From the NCBI GenBank assembly GCA_951812735.1, contig OX638332.1, positions 85,042 to 149,041 of the forward strand: a DNA stretch of 64,000 nucleotides, given 5' to 3'. Origin of the DNA: Candidatus Dadabacteria bacterium (lineage in GTDB: Bacteria; Desulfobacterota_D; UBA1144; Nemesobacterales; Nemesobacteraceae). The position numbers were made by a program, and so were the translations under genes. Below, one piece after another: positions 57,563 through 64,000 of the stretch (positions within the stretch are counted from its first letter, which is position 1; each line of letters starts with the position of its first letter). The notes under the pieces are model-generated. The model was not told the origin of the DNA. It searched no databases and worked only from the letters and a program-made list of their open reading frames with translations.

Positions 57563-58554
57563 TGCTTACTACCTTTATTGGTATTTTCATGACGTAGATG
57601 TTCAATGGTTTCCTCAAATCCGTCGTTTTCCTCGCCGGGCCAAGTACCGAAAAGAACCCGAATATCTTCCATCGGTTGTACATTCTGTATAAATGCCAAT
57701 TCTTCTACTGTTTTAGATTTCCAAAACGACTCAGTTATTGCGACAATGGATTTAGAAACTCGAGCAGGTTTGCCTAGTATATCGTCTAAACATTCGATAT
57801 CTTGGATTTTGATGTTCTTTATTTTTTCAGATACCGGGTCTTCCACCGCTTCACCTGTAATACGTACATGTTGAAGAATGTTTGCTAGCACTTCTTCTTT
57901 CTGTTCTTCATCAAATAGGCAAGAAACTGGTTCTCCAATAGGCGGATGTATTCTGCATCGGGTTGCATCCTCCTTAAAATCAGCCATCAATAATCGTCCT
58001 TCAATCGTCCGTATGTTGATCTTTGGCCCGAGGATTCGTTCTTGTATTTGAGTAAGGTGAGGTAATGTAAAAGTTGCCTGTAAAGGGTCGATTCGATTAT
58101 TCAAGGTGAACTGAATTGTGTCAATTCCTTTACCGAGCATAGCCCCTGTGGTACGCCAAGCCTTCAATACTCCTCTGTCATATCCCGGTGGCAATGCCCC
58201 ATTAGCTTTCTCGCTACCTACCACTTCCAATCCACCAAGCGCCTTTTCCAAGATTTCAAAACCGAAATCCATTCCGGGTAAAGACTGATTTTTCTTACTA
58301 CGATCAAGTCCTATAATTGTTGCAGGACTTCCATGGGTCAACTGTACCAAGTCAAGTTCTACTTCTTCTCTTATTTCTTGTGGTGCAGGTCCTTCGCGCA
58401 CACTGCTGGCTTCCCCAAGCAAAACCCTTGCTGTTCGCTGGAGCACTTTGTTAAAACCGTCTAGGAACCTCAACAGATGCGAAACTGAAATCCTTCCTGG
58501 ACCAACAGCTGTACCATCAAAGCGAATTTTCAACAGAGGATCATGTTTGTTCAT
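57559..58554 (-). CDS. Hypothetical 331-aa protein coupled to the PIN gene
   Basis: GGAGG RBS before ATG 58554 (preferred over the ORF-track start 58629); stop overlaps the PIN start by 4 nt. Confidence 0.8.
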   Translation of the reverse strand: MNKHDPLLKIRFDGTAVGPGRISVSHLLRFLDGFNKVLQRTARVLLGEASSVREGPAPQEIREEVELDLVQLTHGSPATIIGLDRSKKNQSLPGMDFGFEILEKALGGLEVVGSEKANGALPPGYDRGVLKAWRTTGAMLGKGIDTIQFTLNNRIDPLQATFTLPHLTQIQERILGPKINIRTIEGRLLMADFKEDATRCRIHPPIGEPVSCLFDEEQKEEVLANILQHVRITGEAVEDPVSEKIKNIKIQDIECLDDILGKPARVSKSIVAITESFWKSKTVEELAFIQNVQPMEDIRVLFGTWPGEENDGFEETIEHLRHENTNKGSKQ

Positions 58555-59043
58555 AAGTATGCCTCCTGTTTTTATGTCTTTTCCACAGTTTACACACAGC
58601 GAATGTATGATCGGTTGGGGATAGCCCAAAGACAGGTTTTTTACCTAATTGGATACCGTTAGTGCACTCGCAAGCCAAACTTAGGTCTTCTTAACTTTCT
58701 AGGATTCAGTGAAAAACCCTTGCATCGGGCGACCTGCTTCCAAATCAATCCTGTATTTGGAAACAAATCTCCGCCTTAGATATTCCAGTGGTTTTGTAAA
58801 GTTATAACACCCCACCCACGATTAGATAGTCTGCACTCAATCTGATATCTAGTCAAACCCTTGGAGAGCAAGAGGTCGGAGATGAGAGTTGCCAACTTTC
58901 CTATATAAGTCCCGAAGTTTATGTGCGGATTAGTCCCAGCAATAGAACTTTTTTCGTATATAGCTGGAAACTCTTTAGTCAATGAACAAGGTTTGGGATA
59001 GCGCTTCGAGTTCTTCGCAGATTGAAGTCCGCAAATGCTGGTA

Positions 59044-59250
59044 TTATTTCTCTACCAATCCCAGAACATCAAGGATTTTAATAGCACTTGACAGCTGAAT
59101 GTCTTGTTTTTGCTGCTCAAAGCGCGAGACCGTCGGTTGACTTACCTCAGCTATAGTGGCCAGGCGACGCTGGGAGATTTTTCGTTCCTTGCGCCGCTTT
59201 ATGGCTTCTTTGACAAGTAAGTCCCAATTAAGCCGAATGTTCCGTTCCAT
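59044..59250 (-). CDS. XRE/Cro-type HTH regulator (HipB-like)
   Basis: RRKERKISQRRLATIAEVSQPTVSRFE; overlaps the hipA 3' end by 52 nt. Confidence 0.85.
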   Translation of the reverse strand: MERNIRLNWDLLVKEAIKRRKERKISQRRLATIAEVSQPTVSRFEQQKQDIQLSSAIKILDVLGLVEK

Positions 59251-60410
59251 CTTTTCTCCATTTGCTGATGCAGTTTGTCTTTAATGCCCCGGCCGACATT
59301 CTTCGAGGCATCAACAGCGCTGTGGGCTCTATCGAGACGACCGGCGAAGTCAGAAACCGCCAGCATAACCGCTTTGTCGGGCAGGCCGAACAGCTTGCCC
59401 AGCCGGATTATGTTCCTCGGGCTGACCCTGCCGATTGGCATGTTCTCGGCCCCTGCAATCCCCAGCGCCAGTGTCTGATATTGCGGGTAGCAGGCGGCAG
59501 CGACAAGATCATAGCAGGGTGCGAGGCGCAATCCGCTTTCTGTGTGCTCCATAGCGAAGTTTTTAAGATGCGCATCCGTGTTTCCCGTGAGAATACAGGC
59601 CATTACCCGGCGAAACAGGGTATCGCACTCTGCCCGCAGGCATATGTCACCGTTTTGGATGATAAAATCGGCCATGTGCTCGTAGCAGGCCTCGTATTTG
59701 TCCTCCGGGCGCTTGCCGAGCAACTGGTTAAATTCCTCGAAGTGAATTCGCTTGCCGTCTTCAGTCCTGTCAAACCGTTTGACGAGCAGAGATCTCTCCG
59801 AAACGCCCCGAAGCGGCGCCAAAGCCATCTCCGCAACGGCGTCTTCCTTAAGAAGGGCCGCGCACGCCTTCGTAGTTATGTACTCAAGTCCCAGAATATC
59901 AGGCAGCACAGGGGAGGGAAGCTTGGCTATATAGGTTGCCCGCTCACCACGCCCTACAGGGCGGAACACACGGCCTTCCTTTATTGCACCCAGTTTTGGC
60001 TGAACCCCGGAAAGAGACGCCCTTGCTGACAGCGCCGCAATGTTTTCCGGGTCGTCGTGGTCGATTTTAATGTCCTCGGCAGGGTCCGGGTCAATGACGC
60101 TTACGGCGCCGGCGAGGTCTGCGCCGAAGGCAAGCAGCAGCGGGAAACGGTCGTCTCTTCGAAGGCCGAGTGCGCGTGCCTGCGCATCCTTAAGCCAGCC
60201 CTCAGCACATAGATTGTCAAAGAAAGGGTGCAGTCCATATTCGCTTAAACGAGGCTCGGCCCGAAGCGGCAGCGTGTAGGAAATAGGGGGCAAAGAGCTT
60301 TGCAGATAGCTCTCGTCGTAGGTGAATACGCATCGGCCTCCGGCCTCCTGCGAGAGAATGCCGGCGAAAGTATCCTTGTAATATACGTTACCCCAGAGAT
60401 TAGTTGCCAT
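59199..60410 (-). CDS. hipA: HipA-family kinase toxin with N-terminal couple domain
   Basis: PISYTLPL, PFFDNL.AEGW, SLSGVQPK (P-loop), VKRFDR, GNTDAHLKNF and LAPCYD. Confidence 0.92.
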   Translation of the reverse strand: MATNLWGNVYYKDTFAGILSQEAGGRCVFTYDESYLQSSLPPISYTLPLRAEPRLSEYGLHPFFDNLCAEGWLKDAQARALGLRRDDRFPLLLAFGADLAGAVSVIDPDPAEDIKIDHDDPENIAALSARASLSGVQPKLGAIKEGRVFRPVGRGERATYIAKLPSPVLPDILGLEYITTKACAALLKEDAVAEMALAPLRGVSERSLLVKRFDRTEDGKRIHFEEFNQLLGKRPEDKYEACYEHMADFIIQNGDICLRAECDTLFRRVMACILTGNTDAHLKNFAMEHTESGLRLAPCYDLVAAACYPQYQTLALGIAGAENMPIGRVSPRNIIRLGKLFGLPDKAVMLAVSDFAGRLDRAHSAVDASKNVGRGIKDKLHQQMEKRWNGTFGLIGTYLSKKP

Positions 60411-60443
60411 TGATTCAATCCGCCTGGTTGTTTTGTTAACAGT

Positions 60444-60551
60444 ATTAGATGTTATAAAATATTTTTTGTCAAATATAGGTTTTATGACATCTTAATAAAA
60501 TAAAATTGATCAAATAAGCGCTCAGATAATTTGACAATCAAATATATCTGA
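60444..60551 (-). promoter_or_regulatory. hipA promoter with two inverted-repeat operators
   Basis: Minus-strand TTGACA (60472-60467), 17 bp, TCTAAT (60449-60444). IR AGATGTTATAAAA/TTTTATGACATCT (60447-60459, 60480-60492). Near-palindrome TCAGATAATTTGA-CAA-TCAAATATATCTGA (60522-60551). Confidence 0.65.
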
Positions 60552-60618
60552 TCGTTTTCCTGAATGATTCCTACAAGTGAGAATTTCTAAACCTGAAGAG
60601 ACAAAACCACTCTTTTTA

Positions 60619-60786
60619 GTTGAGAGATTTCGGAAAATAGATTAAATATATATTTATTTATAAATGAATATTTAAACATCTTCAGAAAATCATTTTTGTA
60701 TTTGCTTACAAATATATTATAATTTTATTTATGTTTTAAATTCTAAATTGAAGTGGCTGAATTAAATACCAACCAAGGATATTGAG
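60619..60786 (+). promoter_or_regulatory. AT-rich leader/promoter of AbiEi copy 2
   Basis: Colinear with 19251-19418; TATAAT at 60718-60723 at the same offset from the ATG. Confidence 0.6.
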
Positions 60787-61584
60787 ATGAACTATGGAAA
60801 CACACAAAACGAGATGCTTCGGGGAACCAGAATCAACCACATACTTGCCCAAAATCCCCCTGGCGTGCCGATGACCAGCAATTGGCTCGCTTCGCGACGG
60901 GTTTCTCCCCAACTTTTGCAAGGCTATAAAAGCAGCGGCTGGCTGAGCCCTCTGGGCAGAGGGGCCTGGATACGGGCAGGCACGGAACCTACTTTACCGG
61001 GGTCGATCTTTGCTTTGCAGCGACAAGGGTCGGTAATGGTTTACCCCGCGGCATGTACGGCGTTGGGGTATCAGGGGCGCTTGCATTATCTGCCGCTTGG
61101 AACAAGCCCGGTTTTGCAGCTCAGCGTCGGGTCTAATAAAAAGTTGCCCTCGTGGTTTACGCGCCAGCCGTTTGCCAAAAACCTGCGCGCATTCAACGCC
61201 GACGCGTTGTTTGATCCGGTCTCCGCGGGCCTGACCGATTGGCGTGCTGGGGAATTCTCGTTGAAAATAAGTTCGCCCGAACGAGCTATGCTAGAGTACT
61301 GCTACCTGCTGCCGAACTACGCGGACTTCGAGGAAGCCAGGCAACTTATGGAAGGTCTGCCGACATTACGCCCCGGACTTCTGCAAAGCACCCTGCGCGC
61401 CTGCAGGTCGATAAAAGCCAAACGGCTGTTTCTTGCTTTAGCCGATATTGTCGGTCACGAGTGGTACGGTGAACTGAATCTGGAATCCGTCGAACTCGGT
61501 TCGGGAGGCCGCCATGTTGTCGACGATGGATTGTGGAACTCGAGATTCAAGATAACGGTTCCTGAAATCTGGGTGGATTCATGA
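60787..61584 (+). CDS. Type IV TA antitoxin AbiEi (AbiEi_3-like), copy 2
   Basis: 265 aa; aligns without gaps to 19419-20216, with 42 differences by manual count. Confidence 0.88.
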   Translation: MNYGNTQNEMLRGTRINHILAQNPPGVPMTSNWLASRRVSPQLLQGYKSSGWLSPLGRGAWIRAGTEPTLPGSIFALQRQGSVMVYPAACTALGYQGRLHYLPLGTSPVLQLSVGSNKKLPSWFTRQPFAKNLRAFNADALFDPVSAGLTDWRAGEFSLKISSPERAMLEYCYLLPNYADFEEARQLMEGLPTLRPGLLQSTLRACRSIKAKRLFLALADIVGHEWYGELNLESVELGSGGRHVVDDGLWNSRFKITVPEIWVDS

Positions 61585-61694
61585 CGGTAACCTGCCTTTC
61601 AGAAGCGGAGTTGTACGCAAGCAAATTCTGCGCGGCTCTGCAAAGGCGGCATTTCTTCATAATGCTTTCCGGTAGAACATAAAGAGAGAACAGA

Positions 61695-62570
61695 ATGAGT
61701 TTATTGGAAACGGAGAGCTGGGAGTCGGGGAAGGTTTATCGTACAGATTCCGGCGATATGGTTCGGAGCAAGCAAGAGAGGTTTGTTGCCAATCTTCTTA
61801 CTTCGGAGGGCATTTCCTTTGAATATGAAAGGAAACTGTCTAGCTGGGATGGTTCTTTCCGCTACCCGGACTTTACTCTCCTTATTAACGGTGAACAGTA
61901 TTACTGGGAACACTGGGGGATGGTTGATGATTACTCTTACCGGCAAGACATTGCCAGGAGAATCAGATGGTATCGTGAGCATGGCTACTATGATTACTTG
62001 ATTCAGACATGGGGAGGGGGCGACAGAGACTTGAGAGGGCAGGTTCTGGCCGAGTTGTACAAGTTGAGGAAACCCAAACGCGGGAAAAGAGAATACAAGC
62101 CTGTTTCCGATTCCCATGTTGACCGGAAGACGGGACATGAACGCCTGACGGAAAAGCTAGAGCAGACGGTTAGACATAAAATGTCTCGGTCCGGGGCCGC
62201 GAAGAAACCTAGGAACAGAAAAACACCACAGTCTTCCCGCGGCCAACAACCCAAAACAGCCTATAGGTCTGAAGAAAAGGACTCTGTTGTATTTATTAGT
62301 CAGGATAGCGGACAGAACATGCGGGGATGGGTCATACCCCTTGCCATAATCTTAACGCTTTTTCTTCTCGGTGCTTTCTTTAGTTCCCTACAGGTACCCG
62401 CACCTGTTACTAAGTCGGAAGCACTGAAAGCTGTTTCGCAGAAGCCAGAACTGGAAAAAGAATTACAAACAGTAAAAAACCCTCATTTAACCGCCCAAGA
62501 GGCTCAGGCTGGGAAGTCAACAACGGAAAAGAAGGAAATGTTTTATATGGGAATCAAGATATCTCGATGA
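61695..62570 (+). CDS. Hypothetical protein: N-terminal PD-(D/E)XK-like nuclease domain, basic linker, one TM helix
   Basis: VRSKQE..VAN.L....I.FEYE...YPDF......YWEHWG pattern; hydrophobic WVIPLAIILTLFLLGAFFSSL. Confidence 0.65.
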   Translation: MSLLETESWESGKVYRTDSGDMVRSKQERFVANLLTSEGISFEYERKLSSWDGSFRYPDFTLLINGEQYYWEHWGMVDDYSYRQDIARRIRWYREHGYYDYLIQTWGGGDRDLRGQVLAELYKLRKPKRGKREYKPVSDSHVDRKTGHERLTEKLEQTVRHKMSRSGAAKKPRNRKTPQSSRGQQPKTAYRSEEKDSVVFISQDSGQNMRGWVIPLAIILTLFLLGAFFSSLQVPAPVTKSEALKAVSQKPELEKELQTVKNPHLTAQEAQAGKSTTEKKEMFYMGIKISR

Positions 62571-62917
62571 AGATCTAAGTGTTTTTCCCTCTCCAATCCA
62601 AAAACTCCCATTTTCGCCGTTTTTCCCGCTTCCTTTCACGAAATTCTTGGCTAGCATTGTATGTTATTCCCCTTTTAAAGGGTAAAAATTCAAGCTGATT
62701 TGTATTATACTATTTACTAATAAGGTCGTTGTTTTCCTGTGTTGTAAAATGTTGTAGTCACTTATATTATAATACAAACAGCGGCTTTTCCTCTATCACT
62801 TTATGAGAATTTCAGGCTAGGGATGATATTGACGCAATAGGTCCAAAGAGAAAAAATTAGGTATATTTACAACCACACTTTGGCACGGGCAAGTATCACT
62901 TAGCATAGGATTGTAAC

Positions 62918-63640
62918 ATGGCCGACAGATCTGGGATCGAATGGACTGACGCGACATGGAATCCGGTGACGGGTTGCACCAAAATCACACGTGGTTGTGA
63001 GAACTGCTACGCGGCGCGGTTTGCCGAACGATGGCGTGGAATCAAGGGCCATCCCTACGAACAAGGTTTCGACCTGCGTTTATGGCCATCGCGACTTGAT
63101 CAGCCATCACGATGGCGAAAACCTCGCATGATTTTTGTCAATTCGATGAGTGATCTGTTTCATAAACGTGTACCGCGCCGGTTCATTGACGAAGTTTTCC
63201 AGCAGATGGAAAATGTGGATCACCACATCTATCAGATATTGACGAAGCGGAGTTCACTCATGCGGGATTATCTGAAGCACAGGTACTCGGATGGTGCGGT
63301 TCCGAAGCATATCTGGTGCGGTGTTTCAGTCGAAGACCAACCGGCTACGGCCAGAATTCTGCATCTTCAAACAACACCGGCTACGGTTCGTTTTTTATCT
63401 ATTGAGCCGCTGTTAGGTCCACTAGGTGACATTGACTTGGAAGGGATTTCGTGGGTTATTGTCGGCGGAGAAAGCGGTCCAAATGCTCGTTATTTGCATC
63501 TTGATTGGGTTTGCGATATCCGTGACCAATGTGCTTCCACAGGCGTACCTTTCTTCTTCAAGCAATGGGGAGGGCGAACTCCCAAGGCGGGTGGACGCGA
63601 ACTTGAAGGGGTAGAACATAACGCTATGCCTAGCTATTAA
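62918..63640 (+). CDS. DUF5131 (phage Gp37/Gp68-like) three-Cys radical-SAM-like protein
   Basis: IEWTDATWNPVTGCTKITRGCENCYA (Cx6Cx2C), FVNSMSDLFH, LTKR, EPLLG, VGGESG and FFFKQWGG. Confidence 0.92.
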   Translation: MADRSGIEWTDATWNPVTGCTKITRGCENCYAARFAERWRGIKGHPYEQGFDLRLWPSRLDQPSRWRKPRMIFVNSMSDLFHKRVPRRFIDEVFQQMENVDHHIYQILTKRSSLMRDYLKHRYSDGAVPKHIWCGVSVEDQPATARILHLQTTPATVRFLSIEPLLGPLGDIDLEGISWVIVGGESGPNARYLHLDWVCDIRDQCASTGVPFFFKQWGGRTPKAGGRELEGVEHNAMPSY

Positions 63641-63655
63641 ACGAAGGAGTTATCC

Positions 63656-64000
63656 ATGTCTTCTTTCAAGTGGCATCCTAATGAGCCGCCGCCTGAGATT
63701 GAAACACACAGCAAGGCGAAACTGGATGTATTGCGCAGGTACATTCAGGAGTATTTCGACAGGTTGAATGTCAATCCCCATCGGGAGGAATTCAAGCTTG
63801 ATCTAGTCGACGGTTTTGCCGGGGGCGGCACTTTTCGTGACGGAAACACTGATCTCTCGGGTACGCCGTTGCTCATGTTAGAGGAAGCGGAAAAAGCGGA
63901 GAAGCGTTTAAACGAGAAGCGAACCAAGCAACTACACATTAATTGTAAATTCTATTTCATTGACAAGGAAGAAGCTCACACAGATCACCTTAAAAAGGTT
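63656..64000 (+). CDS. tcmP: Three-Cys-motif partner protein TcmP (partial, runs off the window)
   Basis: Not in the ORF track. AAGGAG RBS, then MSSFKW...HSKAKLDVLRRY...LVDGFAGGG...GTPL; directly after DUF5131. Confidence 0.82.
   Translation, partial: MSSFKWHPNEPPPEIETHSKAKLDVLRRYIQEYFDRLNVNPHREEFKLDLVDGFAGGGTFRDGNTDLSGTPLLMLEEAEKAEKRLNEKRTKQLHINCKFYFIDKEEAHTDHLKKV

Noticed and set aside
58630-59040. Short minus-strand frames between the HTH gene and the 331-aa gene
   Set aside because: Possibly a decayed gene, but no motif could be recognised.

Overview
Bacterial chromosomal window, about 50% GC in its core genes. Gene content and protein style suggest a Desulfobacterota/Ca. Dadabacteria-like lineage; this is inference only. 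Housekeeping backbone: partial TamB/AsmA-like gene, M23 peptidase, rlmB, ligA, polX, amidase, MBL hydrolase, apgM, tRNA-Leu(GAG), YfgM-like TPR protein, nfeD-stomatin, a peptide ABC transporter split into three pieces, yceD-rpmF-fabDG-acpP-fabF, a TCA cluster (acnA-icd-mdh-sdh anchor/sdhA/sdhB-sucC) and rpoH-dnaK. Seven toxin-antitoxin-type modules or orphan antitoxins are scattered through it, including two paralogous AbiEi genes that have both lost AbiEii. A ~13 kb defence island sits where sucD would be expected. It holds a UvrD-like helicase split by an intact IS256 with an 8-bp target duplication, then GmrSD-HEPN, a PLD-SNF2 helicase and an N6-adenine methyltransferase. A second accessory cluster follows dnaK: a large unknown protein coupled to a PIN nuclease, hipA with a downstream HTH gene, AbiEi, a predicted membrane-anchored nuclease-domain protein, and DUF5131 plus TcmP. 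All calls rest on motif recognition by eye; no database searches were run.
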